Shown: positions 19,993 to 32,496 of the stretch, piece by piece | How positions within the stretch are numbered: position 1 is the first letter of the stretch | Layout of the letters: every line of letters starts with the position of its first letter | Sequence record: MK250028.1 | Length of the DNA: 64,000 nt | Direction: 5' to 3' (one strand) | Made by a program: the position numbers and the translations under genes | Notes under the pieces: generated by a model | Told to the model about the DNA's origin: nothing | Seen by the model: the letters and a program-made list of their open reading frames with translations, nothing else | Database searches by the model: none

Positions 19993-21777
19993 TTAATTAA
20001 GTTCCAACCAAGTTACACGTTTGTCAAGTTTTGCAACAAGTTTTGCAAGAGCTTCGATTGTCTTCTCATTGTATACATCAATTGATTTCTCTACATCTTC
20101 GCCAGCAAACTGAACAGTATAAGTTGTCTTACCGCCTGTAACATTAAGAGCAAACTCCTCATTAACATCTGCTTCTGCAGGAATTGTAATTGCAACATCG
20201 TTATCAGCAGAATTAACAGCAACTGCCTTATTTTCAACTGTTTGTAAACGTGTTTCGTGATCATTGAATGCATCTGCGATTACCTCTTCATCAGATACTA
20301 ATTCACCAGCAACATCAGCTGCAGTAGCAAGACCTGTTGCATTATTATTTGTACCTGCAACCCACTTACCAGAATTTGTATTCTTTGTAAGACCAACTGA
20401 ACCAAGAGCAGAAGTCTTAACTTCAACTTCATGATTATCAACTGCAACAAAATTCTCAGAACCAGTCTTTACAGAAAGTGTAGGAAGTTCTGTACGTACT
20501 ACTTTAATCTTACCATTTTCCTGTGAAACTGAAGATACATACTTACCTTCTTCTGCTGTATCTGTAACATCAAGTGCTTCAATTGCAAAAGTTGCAGCTT
20601 TTTCTGTAGTCTTGATAGACTTAGCTAAACTTGCAATCTGTGCATCAACCTTATCACCTTCAACAGCAACAGTATCATCAGTTGCAACAATAGCTTCAGC
20701 TGCAACACCATTAGCTTCAAGATTAGCAGAATCAACAGTCAAATTACCATCTGCATCAACATGTACACCAGTTACATATTTACCATCACCTGCAGTTGCA
20801 TCACTTACAGCATGTTTCTTAGCTTCAAGATCTTCCAATCTCTTATGAATACCAGTAGCTGCTGTGCTTGCATCAGACGGTGTACCAATTTCTGCTTTAT
20901 TATGAGCAACATCTGTAATAAGTTCTTTACCGGTTTCAGTTTCATCTACCTCTTTAAACCAATCAATAACTTCAACTACCTTATTGATTACATTATCTTC
21001 ATCAGGATTCTATACATCACCCATAATAGTTTCAATATTAGTGACACGTGTATCTAACTTACCTTCTGCTGTTGTTGCACGATCTGCTTCTTTAGCAATC
21101 TTTCCAAATGCAGTTTCCTAAGTCTTATCATCATCAACAGTGCCAAGAAGTTCTGCGGAAGCAATGTCGTCCTCTGAAATGGTTACTACTTTCTTATCAG
21201 AAACTGCAACCTTTACATGACCAGCTTCTTTCTTTTCTACAGTTGTATAATCAGCATTCTCAAGATCATCAATACGATCTGAAAGTTCACCTTCTGCAGT
21301 TGTAGCACGGTTTGCTTCCTTTGCGATAGCGCCAAATACAGTATCTACATCCTTTGAATCTGCTTTAGTTCCAACAGTTGTTTCCAATGTAGAAACTCTA
21401 TCAGCAAGACTCTTAAGTTTAGCATCAGCTGAAACAGGAATATCAAGAGTCTTAACAGTCTTATCTGTATCAACATAAGAAACAGTAACTGCTGCTTCAG
21501 ATTTAACTTCACCTGTAGTTTCATCAATATTAGCAGGAGTAGATTTAATATTTAAAATCTTTGAAGAAACAACCTTACCACGAGCAACGATAGCGCCTGT
21601 ATTATTTGCTTCATCATAACCAAAATAAATAACACCATCGTCAGGAGTTCCTACTTTTTCAAGTACCTTATCAAGTGTACCATAACCAAAGTTTACTTCT
21701 ACACCATCACCAGCAATAGGAGCACCAAATACAACAGGAGTATTATCCTTCTTTGATTTCTTAATTGTAATAGCCAT
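19993..21777 (-). CDS. Putative virion structural/fibre protein, paralog 1
   Basis: Joins two track ORFs through 2 TAG; AKEA.RATTAEG repeats; ATAAATA upstream. Confidence 0.7.
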
Positions 21778-21896
21778 ATTATTAATTAAGTTTTATATTT
21801 TATTTTTTACTATAATATTTATTCAAAAAAATGGAGAAACATTAATAAAAACGTTTCTCCATTATATTAAAAATTAATTACTAAATTCTGTTAAAA

Positions 21897-23441
21897 TCAG
21901 AGTTCTTCCCATGTCAAAAGACCAGCAAGATATGTGTCATTTGCTTGAAGTTGATTTAATGCGGTATTTAAACCTGTATAGAATGTTTCATTAGCGACAT
22001 CAACTGTTACTTCTGCTTCAACACCGTCCTTACTTGTTGTAAGTTTCAATGTATTGAACTGTTTGTTATCTGCTTTAGGAGCTTCAAGTACAGCATCCTT
22101 TACATATGAAGCTTCAATAGCATTAACAGAAGCATCAGTCTTTTCAAGATGAGCACCAATTGATGTATCTTCAGCTTTAAGTTCATCAAATGTAGACTTG
22201 ATTCCAAGAGAAGTATCAACATATGTTGTTACAGCATCTGCATCAAGTGATACAATACCATTCTCTACCTTAATATACTTACCATCACCCTTGAATGTTT
22301 CAAAAATTTCTGTAAAATCAAGATAAACATCAGAATCTTTCGCAGATTCAGTTTTTGACGGTTTTGTATTAAGAGCAAGGTGTAAATATGAATGACCATA
22401 TTTAATCTTAAATCCAAGACGTGCTTGTTCCCATGTACCATCCTGATTCTCTGACCATGGAAGCATTGCTGCAGATGTTACTTCATCACCGTAATTAACA
22501 GTTGCTGAATTACCCCATTGATCTGAGTCACTACCATATACAATTTCTGGGCCTCCTTCTTTAACATACTTAAATGTACATACATGTGCGCCAGATACCA
22601 AGAAATCCTTAGCAATATTGATCTTATCACCAACAGGAGAAACTGTGCCATCAGGAGCAGTTTGCATTAATTGATATTCAGCTGCATATGTTTTCTCGCC
22701 ATCAGTTTGTTCCATCTGATCATCAGAAACTTTCTTAATTGCATATGTAGAAACTTTAAGTGCATCATCAACAACCTTTACTGTTGTATCATCAACTTTA
22801 ACACCTACTGTATATGTCTGATAATCATTAGCATCCTTTGCAGGAGTTACTTCAATAGCACCATTAGCTGCTTCAGAAACAACATCGCTCTTAAGATGAG
22901 TTTCAATACCGGATACCGAAGTATCTAAACGAGTAGTATCTTCAGTATGATGTGCTTTCAAATCATCAATCTAGTTCTGAAGATTAGATTGAGCTGCTTT
23001 AATCAATTCCTGAACAGTTGCAGTATCAATAATATCAAACTCTGTTGTCCATGTCTTCGTCTTTGTTTGATTATCAACAGGATCTGTTGCACTACCGAAC
23101 CATTTAACCATTACCTTATCAGCAACTTTCTCTGTTGTAGATTCTACATATTTACCTGTTGATGGATCAAAATGTTTCTTTGCAACCTCATTTGTTGTAA
23201 TATCAAGGATCTTAGAAGATACAAGTTGATTACCAACAAATATCATACCGGAATCACCAGCAGCGTCATATACAAAACGTAATTTAGCGTCTGAATCATG
23301 AGCATCATAAATACTAATCACTTTGTCTTCATCAAACGCACCACTCAAAAAATGTACTTCCTTACCTGCAATAGTTGCATCAGCAACCTAATCTGTTAAC
23401 TTTGTTGCTTCACCAGCACCATAAACCATTTTATTTGTCAT
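21897..23441 (-). CDS. Putative virion structural/fibre protein, paralog 2
   Basis: Joins track ORFs through 2 TAG; shares VSSKIL.I block and C-terminal TWEEL with neighbours. Confidence 0.7.
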
Positions 23442-23493
23442 ATTAAATTTTTATAGATTTAATTTTAATATTTATTAATGTTTTAAAAAATTA

Positions 23494-24459
23494 TTATTTA
23501 TATATCTCTTCCCATTTCAATTGGTCTTCCACAATAGTCAATCTATCATTAATAGATGAATCTGTATTCATGAATTCATTTATATGTGAATCATAATCTT
23601 TAAGATCTAATGTAACTGTCTTAATAAGACTACTGTCAAGTGAATGTGTAACATCCTTAATTACTGTACCATCTTTCAATGTCAATACACCTTCAACTAA
23701 ATCAATCTTATCAATAGGTTCAGGCCAAATTTTCGCTTCAATCTTATTTGAATCCTTAACATAATTAAGCTGTTTCAAAACCATGTCAGTTACTTCAATC
23801 TTAGATGAATCTGTTTGTTCTTCATCACCTTTAAATAAAGTGAATGTTTGTTTGAAACCATTCTCATATGTACCTGAATCCTTATGAATTGTATAATTAT
23901 ATTTGCCTTTATCTAAATCATCAATCAACTATACATAAGAAGTATCTATAGTATTGACTCTATCAAAAAGAGTATCAACAGAAGTATCTATAAATGTAAG
24001 ATGTTCATTTATATCTGTAATAGAAGTATCAATAACATTTAATCTTTCATATACATCATTAAATGAAGCATTCATTTTTTCTGTAATAGAAGAATCAAAC
24101 TATTCTAGTTTTTCTTTTACTTCATCTAATTCTTTCTACGAAACAATATTTGTTTTTACAGTTGCAAGTTTACCAGAATCATTTACATATTTGAGAGATA
24201 AAGTTACAACACCATCTACTGAAGCAAGAGATATATCTTTAACTTTAGATGTAAGTTCAAGATCACCCAAGAAGATACCTGTAAGCAATTCTGAATTCTT
24301 AGACTTACCAAAATACAAAGTATGTGGATCCTTATTCTTAGTATTTACAATATCAACATAACGACCTTCTATGAACTCAACTTCATCATGTGGTTTACAT
24401 TTTTTATTTGGGTCAAAAACATGTAATACATGCTGAGGTGGACGTATATCTTTATTCAT
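23494..24459 (-). CDS. Putative virion structural protein, paralog 3
   Basis: Joins track ORFs through 3 TAG; IDTS repeats every 14 aa; C-terminal KWEEI; ATAAATA upstream. Confidence 0.65.
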
Positions 24460-24570
24460 TTAAATATAACATGTTATTTTTATTATTTATTATAAAATAA
24501 AAAATGAGTAATAATTATATATCATTATAATATAAAAGTATTACTCATTTTTCCAATATTTTATTTTCAA

Positions 24571-26778
24571 TTATTCATTTCTATTTATATTATATTTATC
24601 TAAAAGATAATTTGCAAAATCTTCTTTTTCCTATGTTTTATTATTAAATCTAAAAAAGAAATTAAGATTAAGACCTACTTTTCCACCTTGCAAATAATTA
24701 GTTGGCCAAAGTCTTACCATCTTATTCATTACATATTCCTCTATTGTCTTGAATCTATAATGATTTAACCTTGCGTTTTCCCATGTTTTTTCATTATCTC
24801 TTAATTTTATAGAATTTATACATAACTAACCTATTGTATTTACTGTAACTATTTTTTTACTATATGGCGAATCATATAAAATGCCATGAGGTGAATTAAA
24901 TTCTATATTATCTACACATGTTTTAAATATTATTTTAGTTTGAGTAGACCAATTTTCTGTAATAGGTAGATAATCTGTAAATCTTTTAATTGAATAATTA
25001 TTATCTTCTACTTTTAATATTTCTGAATCTGTAAACTATCTCCAGCAAACTCTTATTGTATTAATTCCTCTATCATTAAACATATCATTAGATAAAAATT
25101 CATGTATATCATTACAATCTAATTCTAAAAATTCATCAATATCGAAATATGCGATCCAATCATATTTGTCTTTGTATATATTATAGCAATCTGTATATGA
25201 TGGAATCTAAACCAATTCTTTCCCTCTCTAATCTTTTAATATTACATATCCAGAATTTATATAATCAGATATTACATCTTCAAAATGTTCGCCATCAATA
25301 TCATTGTTATCATATAAAACAATATTATCAAATCCTATTGATTTATGATGTTCAACAAATTCTCTTATATAATTATTTTCCATTTTTCCTATACAGCATA
25401 ATAAGATCTTTCCTGTATATTTTTTAGGTTTATTATATAAATTCAAATGATTTAATTTTACTGGGCATACATCAATTAATTTCTACAAATCAATATCATA
25501 TGTTGAATCATAGTTATTCTTTAATTTCAATAAATCATCTTCTGTTGTTTCTTCTGTTACTAAATATGAATCATATAATGGTTTATGAATAGATAAAAAG
25601 AAATCTTCGAATTTAAAGTCCTATCCTATATTTTTACCTATACTAATCCATATATTTGGAATCCTATATGCTTCTGAAATAATCAACCCATGTAAACTTT
25701 CTGAAACAATAAATTCACATTCTTCTATATTTTTTATTATATCTTTCCAATCATTATATTTTGTAAAATCTATTATTAATATATCATCATTATCTTTAAA
25801 TTTATTTAATATATATGATTTAATATGTGAATGATGCGGAATAATTCCCAACTTATATTTTTTCATTACATATGGTTGATAATAATATGGAAATAATAAT
25901 GCTGGATCCCCATAAACTTTTGGGCAATTTATATTTAATTCCTATAAGTAATCCCTTGTTTTGGGACCTCTCACTGCATATATTTTATTTGGTTTATTTT
26001 TTAAATTATGTTTATATAAGAAACCACTCCCCCATATTTTTGTAAAATCATCTATATATTCATCACATAAAATAGAGCCTATGAATATATAATTTATTTT
26101 CTTATCTTTCTTATTATATTTTTTATGTTGTTTACCTGTAAGTTCTTTTAAAAAAGAAAAATTTATATCATCACCAAAGTTATGTGGTATTACTGTATTA
26201 TCAGAATTTAAAAATGCCCAACTATTTAAATATATAGTATCATTCTCGTTCTTCATAATTTCGCTATTTAATTCTTTTTGAAATAATGAATTCGAAGTAT
26301 TATTTTTCTTCAATACATTTACAACTTCAGTATTAATTTTATTTTCTTTTTCCTTTTTTATTTTATCTTTAAACTATTTACTATTAATAATAACATTTTT
26401 ATTTTTAATAATATCCTATTTCTCTTTAAGAATTTCCTAAATTGGTTTTACTTTAGACTCAATAGTAGGTATCATGATATTGGAAACATAAGCATACGTT
26501 TCCTTATTTGTTTTTATATTGTTAATATTAATTTTTGTATTATTTCCTTTATGTTCTTTTTCTTTATTATCATAATTAACAAATGTTTTCATATTAGGTT
26601 TCGTAACATTACCTAATATGTACTTATCAGGATTATATGTACCTTGTAACTAATTTATATTATTAGTCACTGATGAGAATCCGTCCTAATTATAATAAAC
26701 ACCAGAATTCTAGGCGTAACTTCTATTTTTTGAAAAATATGCTTTATCTATCTTCTATACATTTTTAATTGGAAACAT
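24571..26778 (-). CDS. Polysaccharide pyruvyltransferase + GT2/GT92-like glycosyltransferase fusion
   Basis: 735 aa under code 15 (about 15 TAG); NFGDD, WGSG, AVRGPKT, GDPALL, SESLHG; then ENNYIREFVEHH..GFDNIVLYDNND and YDWIAYFDIDEF. Confidence 0.8.
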
Positions 26779-26902
26779 ACAGATATAAAATTATTTTAAT
26801 ATATTTATTTTAAATAGAAAAGGATAGACTATTCTCTACGAACAATCTATCCTTAATTTAATATGAAAAACCCGAAATTAAGTTTTGAACTTAAGTTTAT
26901 AT

Positions 26903-28162
26903 TTACTTATTCACTGCAAGAATTGCACATGAACTATTAACAAGAAGATTTACATTTCCCTTAAATTCATTAATAGTTCTCTTATCTGTATAACTCATTG
27001 CAGATCGCATATAATCAATCATATTATCAGTCCACTGTTTTACAGTTTCCTTCACTGTAATATACTTTGTACAACCTTCTGAAGTCTTTGTTTTTGCAGA
27101 TGGATTAATTAACTTTTGAGCCTTCTTTGTTGACATTCCATAAGACTCCTTTGTAATAGTCTTCATATCCTTAATAAAGTCTTTTTTCTGTTTTTCAAGT
27201 TCATCTGAAATAACAGGATTTTCAGAATTTAATCCTTCCCAAATATTAAGAATGTCTTCTACTCCATTATTAATAATACCATCTTTATAAAAATAAAGAT
27301 AATGATTATTATAACTTTCAATATTCAATGGTGCTGTTGACTCAAGAAGTCCTGTAAACAAACTTCCAATCATTACATAATCTGCACCAAGACCCAATGC
27401 TTTAATTACATCTGCATAACCACGAATACCACCATCTGCAACAAGGTAAGGATGTGACTTAAAATAACTTGTTGGATTATCATTTTCATCAAATCCCTTG
27501 TCAGCAATATTCTTATAATATTTACACTTATCAATCAATGATGCAATAGGATAATGAATTGAAGAATTTGAAGTAGTTAAACACACGGATCCGCTTCCTA
27601 TAGACAGTCTGATATAGTCCACGCGAGCATGCTTACAAATCCACTCATAAGTTTCAGGATTAGCGATATTACCTGTCATTACAATGAGTTTATAATTACT
27701 ATTATCAGCAATATCCTTTGCCTTATTAATAGTCTCATACAAACTTTCCATATGGCCATTTGCTAAATCCACACAAATCCTATATGTTCGATTATATCCA
27801 GAAAATATTTCATCAGGTGACATCATCTTATGATCAACAAAAACATATTCAAACTCTTTCAATGACAATGCAACCCAATCGCCATCATCCATAAATGGTT
27901 TAATATATTCCATACGTTTTACAATATCACCATTTGGATCTGCTCCTATATTTCGTGGAATCATTGGATGAATCTTATTCAACTTCCAAATGTTAATATT
28001 ATATTCATTCGTAATAGTAGACATAGGTGCAGTAAACAGTGGAAGATACTTATCATCTTCCACAAATGGATTACATTCCTTTCTACTCTTAATTGAACTA
28101 ATAACAGCAGGTTCAATTGTCAAATCATTATATGAATACTTTGTATCTTTAATAATCGGCAT
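26903..28162 (-). CDS. IMP dehydrogenase / GMP reductase family protein (no CBS domains)
   Basis: PLFTAPM, DLANGH, LSIGSGSVCLT catalytic loop, ADGGI..KALGLGADYVMIGS, YGMS, MRSAMSY. Confidence 0.9.
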   Translation of the reverse strand: MPIIKDTKYSYNDLTIEPAVISSIKSRKECNPFVEDDKYLPLFTAPMSTITNEYNINIWKLNKIHPMIPRNIGADPNGDIVKRMEYIKPFMDDGDWVALSLKEFEYVFVDHKMMSPDEIFSGYNRTYRICVDLANGHMESLYETINKAKDIADNSNYKLIVMTGNIANPETYEWICKHARVDYIRLSIGSGSVCLTTSNSSIHYPIASLIDKCKYYKNIADKGFDENDNPTSYFKSHPYLVADGGIRGYADVIKALGLGADYVMIGSLFTGLLESTAPLNIESYNNHYLYFYKDGIINNGVEDILNIWEGLNSENPVISDELEKQKKDFIKDMKTITKESYGMSTKKAQKLINPSAKTKTSEGCTKYITVKETVKQWTDNMIDYMRSAMSYTDKRTINEFKGNVNLLVNSSCAILAVNK

Positions 28163-28198
28163 TTTTATTCTTTTATTATTTCTAAATATTATATATAA

Positions 28199-28402
28199 TT
28201 AAATACTCTTTGTCTTATTAATTACCATTGTAATAAAATCATGTCTCTCTACATAATCCTTACTCTGACAATCATGTTTTACCAACAGATATGCATCGAT
28301 AACTTTCTCTATAAAATCATGATCGTATCGTTTTTCAAGTCCTTCTTCAAAACCTGTTTCATATCCATTATTATATTCTTCTTGCAAATCTTTTTCTGTC
28401 AT
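28199..28402 (-). CDS. Hypothetical protein
   Basis: 67 aa ORF. Confidence 0.55.
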   Translation of the reverse strand: MTEKDLQEEYNNGYETGFEEGLEKRYDHDFIEKVIDAYLLVKHDCQSKDYVERHDFITMVINKTKSI

Positions 28403-28425
28403 AATTATATTACTGTTTTATTTTA

Positions 28426-28971
28426 TTACCAAAATACAATAGGACTATCACTTTGATTAGTAACCAATAATCTTCTATTAGTTGGACAAGATGGATAATC
28501 ACTCAATCGATGAACACCGCCTACCATCATTCTTCTAGAATCTGAACATCCATAATGTGGTTGACAAAAATCATAATGAATACGAATAAACTTAAAATCA
28601 TCATTAACTTCTACTGATGTAATAGACAATGAATCAATATTAATATAGTGAGAATTTTCAATATTATTATTCAAACTATTATTATGCATCTTAATCCATT
28701 CCATATCATTCTTAATAGCCGAAGTTAAATCAATACTCAAAAATACAGAATATGTATCTACAATCTCTGGAGATTCATGGTCTGCTTCTGTAAAGAAATC
28801 AAGAAATACTCGTTTATCGATTATATCACCTTTCTTATATTCATCACGCATTGTAGCTACATGATCAATAACTAAATCACTCTTATTCTTTGATTTATTT
28901 GAGTCTCCATGTTCATCTACCCATTTGATATACATGCCTCCTCTATTCTTAGGATAAAAAACTTTTGTCAT
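28426..28971 (-). CDS. Hypothetical protein
   Basis: 181 aa ORF. Confidence 0.65.
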   Translation of the reverse strand: MTKVFYPKNRGGMYIKWVDEHGDSNKSKNKSDLVIDHVATMRDEYKKGDIIDKRVFLDFFTEADHESPEIVDTYSVFLSIDLTSAIKNDMEWIKMHNNSLNNNIENSHYINIDSLSITSVEVNDDFKFIRIHYDFCQPHYGCSDSRRMMVGGVHRLSDYPSCPTNRRLLVTNQSDSPIVFW

Positions 28972-28981
28972 AATTTTTATT

Positions 28982-29158
28982 TTAATCAGTTATATATTTT
29001 GCTTTATAAGTTTTATAATTATTAATAATATTAATCCATTCTTCTTTTGTAAGTCCAGTTATTTCACAACCTTTTTTATAATCAAACATATTAATTTCTC
29101 CAGACATTTGAAGATGATAATATGCATCAAATTTCTCTTCTGTAATTTCTACTTTCAT
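28982..29158 (-). CDS. Small protein, DUF5049-like
   Basis: 58 aa MKVEITEEKFDAYYHLQMSGEINMFDY..GLTKEEW..I..NY; SG..NMFD motif; not in ORF track. Confidence 0.55.
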   Translation of the reverse strand: MKVEITEEKFDAYYHLQMSGEINMFDYKKGCEITGLTKEEWINIINNYKTYKAKYITD

Positions 29159-29170
29159 ATATTAATTATA

Positions 29171-29587
29171 TTATTTGTTATTATTAATCATATCAATAAG
29201 TTTACCGACATTATCATAAAGTGTTCCCAACTCATAAAATGCCATAAATTGATTTGATACTTTATGATATGTAGGATTACATACATTTATATCAATGAAC
29301 AGATTTTCACAAAGGTTTGAAATATACATTGATTTCTTATCTTTCTTCTTCGATATTTTTTCAGCTAATGGTTTCAATCGAGAATTTGCAAACTTAATTA
29401 CGTCATTATAATAATTTACAATGCCCTGTTCATACTCATAATCTGATACATATACAGTATTCTTATTTAATGTAAGAACATAATAATCAGAACACATATC
29501 AGATGTTCGTGTTACATGTAATTTATTATCTGCATTTGCAATTACACACATGAATGAAAGAACCAATGTTATAAATATATGTTTCAT
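29171..29587 (-). CDS. Hypothetical exported protein
   Basis: Signal-peptide-like N-terminus; class I promoter at 29625. Confidence 0.65.
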   Translation of the reverse strand: MKHIFITLVLSFMCVIANADNKLHVTRTSDMCSDYYVLTLNKNTVYVSDYEYEQGIVNYYNDVIKFANSRLKPLAEKISKKKDKKSMYISNLCENLFIDINVCNPTYHKVSNQFMAFYELGTLYDNVGKLIDMINNNK

Positions 29588-29656
29588 TTTATATTATTTT
29601 AAATTATTGTTTTAATTAACAATACAAAGATACATATTTTATTTTGAATAAAAAAA

Positions 29657-29920
29657 TTAATATGAAATTATTTTACTAATTTGTGAACAATATCCAAACC
29701 ATTCTTTACCTTTATATATAACACAGAAATCTCCATTTATATTAAGAACTCGTTGACCAGCAGAATTAAATACTGCTATAATTTCGCAATCGACAAAACC
29801 TTTATCACCTCTATCTTCGTTCATTAAATGAATATTAATAATAGTTCCAACACGAATATCTCGTATAGTGAAATGCTTTTTATCAATATCGTCTTTATTA
29901 TTTTTATTAAACTTAATCAT
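29657..29920 (-). CDS. Hypothetical protein
   Basis: 87 aa; class I promoter at 29947. Confidence 0.6.
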   Translation of the reverse strand: MIKFNKNNKDDIDKKHFTIRDIRVGTIINIHLMNEDRGDKGFVDCEIIAVFNSAGQRVLNINGDFCVIYKGKEWFGYCSQISKIISY

Positions 29921-30043
29921 ATATTATTTTATTAATGTTTATATAACAAAGATACATATAATTTTATAAAAAAGAAAAAGAGATACTATAAAAATACAGT
30001 ATCTCTTTAAATTAAATTATTAATTAAACTTTCTAAAAACTTA

Positions 30044-31087
30044 TTACTTTACAGTAACAATAGCAACACGACCAAAATCATCATCCATACCATGACCTGT
30101 AGCATCAGTTACCTTAACACCACGAGACTCAAGATACTTCTTAACTGCTGTTGCACGAGCATCAGACAATGCCTTATTATGCTTCTTAGTACTCTTAGGT
30201 TCCTGAGATGCATAAGCGTCTACAACTACAGTTGTTCCTTCAGGAATTGCATCAAGTACGGACTTACACTTTGCACTCAAATTTGAGCTATTAAACTTAA
30301 ATGGTGCAACAAATACATTCTGTGCAAAACCACTTGCATTTGTAACAGGTTTCTCTACAATCTTCTCAATTACCTGTGGCTCACGAGACTCAAGTTCATT
30401 AATCTTTTTATTAAGAGCATCAACCTCTGTCTGATCATAAAGTTTTGCCTTTGCAAATGAACGTGTTCCATTTGAATTCTTGAAACGATAAACAACACCT
30501 GCAGTAATCTCAAAACTACCATTCTTCTTTACAAGCTTGCCATTATCAATATCATTCCATACAACAGAAGGATTTACGACAATACCCCATGCACGCTCCT
30601 TACCAAGATTAAAATTAAACTCTGCACCAGCACGATAAGTCATCCAGTTATTATGATCTGCACCATAACCTGCTGTCTGATGACCCCAACCAAGACCTGT
30701 ATAAACAACAGGTTCAAAGAACTTACGTGTTCCATCAAACTTAAATACATTAGCAAGATTTACCTTACCATAACCACTTACATTTACATAATCAAATGCA
30801 GTGTATGTATTATAACTACCATGACCTGTTCCAATAAGTGTACGACCTTCAATACCAAATCCCAACCATGGTGTTACATACTTATCTGCACCAACTACAA
30901 TAATAGGTGCCATTGCTGTATGACCACTATAGAAATTGTCAAATGATGTAAGAACACCACCCTGAAGTGTTACTGAAACATTATCAGTAAACTTACTAGA
31001 ACCTGCATAATCATTCTGTACCTGTGCATTAATTGTACCAATTGCAAATGTAAACATTGCAATCAACATAAAAATAAACTTCTTCAT
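30044..31087 (-). CDS. ompA: OmpA-family outer membrane protein (Bacteroidota type)
   Basis: Signal peptide, beta-barrel-like N-domain, C-terminal OmpA domain AYAS..HNKALSDARATAVKKYLESRGV; no TAG. Confidence 0.9.
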   Translation of the reverse strand: MKKFIFMLIAMFTFAIGTINAQVQNDYAGSSKFTDNVSVTLQGGVLTSFDNFYSGHTAMAPIIVVGADKYVTPWLGFGIEGRTLIGTGHGSYNTYTAFDYVNVSGYGKVNLANVFKFDGTRKFFEPVVYTGLGWGHQTAGYGADHNNWMTYRAGAEFNFNLGKERAWGIVVNPSVVWNDIDNGKLVKKNGSFEITAGVVYRFKNSNGTRSFAKAKLYDQTEVDALNKKINELESREPQVIEKIVEKPVTNASGFAQNVFVAPFKFNSSNLSAKCKSVLDAIPEGTTVVVDAYASQEPKSTKKHNKALSDARATAVKKYLESRGVKVTDATGHGMDDDFGRVAIVTVK

Positions 31088-31233
31088 AGTTTTTCTTTTA
31101 ATTTAAAATTTGTTATTAACTAAAAAATTATTTGTTTAAAATATTTGATTTATTAAAAATCATTATCATAATAATATATAATAAACTTCTTAAAAAGTTT
31201 ACATTTTATAAAAATAAACTTCTTCATAGTTTT
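31068..31233 (-). repeat. 26-nt direct repeat of the ompA start region
   Basis: AAAACTATGAAGAAGTTTATTTTTAT at 31068-31093 (ompA start) and 31208-31233 (immediately 3' of the TnpB omegaRNA). Confidence 0.9.
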
Positions 31234-31350
31234 AGTTTTTATTTATACTAAAAACCTATATTTCTTGTTTCATAAATACATTATATATTAAATTTATATA
31301 TAATTCATATCTCCACAAGCTTAAATTCGGTAAAACTCAACCCTATTTAA
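31234..31350 (-). ncRNA. TnpB omegaRNA scaffold / IS right end, copy 1 (shortened)
   Basis: TAGGGTTGAG..CCGAATTT..GCTTGTGGAG..ATGAAACAAGAAA plus terminal hairpin GGTTTTTA/TAAAAACT, conserved with copy 2. Confidence 0.65.
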
Positions 31351-31362
31351 TATTTTAAATAA

Positions 31363-32496
31363 TTATAAATTAATTTGTCTTAATCCTTCTGATAAAATAT
31401 TCAAAGAAGCATTATAATCTCTATCTATTAAAGATTTACAATGTGGACATATCCACTTGCGCTAACTTAGTTTTAAATCTTTATAAATATATCCACAATT
31501 ATGACATGTCTTTGATGAAGGATAGAATCTATCTATTATAACTAAATTTTTATTATACCTATTACACTTATATTCAAGTTGTCGTCTGAACTCAAATAAA
31601 CTTAATTCCTATATGGACTTAGATAGTTTATGATTAGACATCATACCATTTACATTTAAATCTTCAATACAGATAACTTGGTTCTCATTAACTAGTTTTG
31701 AAGTTATTTGATGTAAATAATTTAATCTCTAATTCTTTATTTTCTCATGAACTTTTGCAATTTTAACTCTTACTTTATTTCTATTAATACTGTCTTTCTA
31801 TTTCTTAAATAATTGCCTCTATAATTTCTTTAATTTATTTTCTTGATTTTTATAAAAATGCTTATTCTCATATCTATTTCCATTTGAATCAACAATAAAA
31901 TCTTTAATTCCTAAATCTAATCCTATTACATTATCTAACTTTTCTTTTTCTTTAATATTATAATCAATACATATTGATAGATAATATTTGTTTGTAGAAG
32001 TTTTAGTAAGAGTAACAAAATGAATTTTATCTTGATTATGATTTAAATATATTTCATCTTTTCTTGAACACTTAAATAATATATTTTTTAACTACTTTAT
32101 TAAAGTTATTCTATTTCCTCTAATTTTTTTATTTTTAAACTTAAACATTGAATTAGTAAATCTGCAAGATTGTTTAGCATCTTTTTTAGATTTGAATTTA
32201 GGATAATATGTATATGATTTTAAAAAATTATCATATGCTTTAATTACATCTATCATTGATTGCTATAAACATGCATTATATACATCATTTAAAAAAGAAT
32301 ATTCATCTTGCTTCCTTAAAGAAACTAAATATTTACCTAACTATGATAAAGAAACAGATTGCTTATATTGTTTATATATTAATTTTTTATAATCTAATAA
32401 TTTATTATATATAAATCTACAACAACCTAATTGTTTAGAAATAAATTCTTTCTAAGCAACATCAGGATATATTCTTATTTTAATAGATTTGATCAT
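31363..32496 (-). CDS. tnpB: IS200/IS605-family RNA-guided endonuclease TnpB, intact, no tnpA
   Basis: 377 aa under code 15 (8 TAG); HTH N-terminus, RuvC D (GLDLG), E (IEDL), D (DRDYNA), Zn ribbon CHNC/CPHC. Confidence 0.9.

Noticed and set aside
16101-26778. Treating the TAG-bounded fragments (e.g. 18631..18813, 19519..19737, 21118..21777, 22971..23348, 25228..25446, 25621..25866, 25942..26313) as separate genes or pseudogenes
   Set aside because: They join in frame into long ORFs with continuous domain motifs when TAG = Gln
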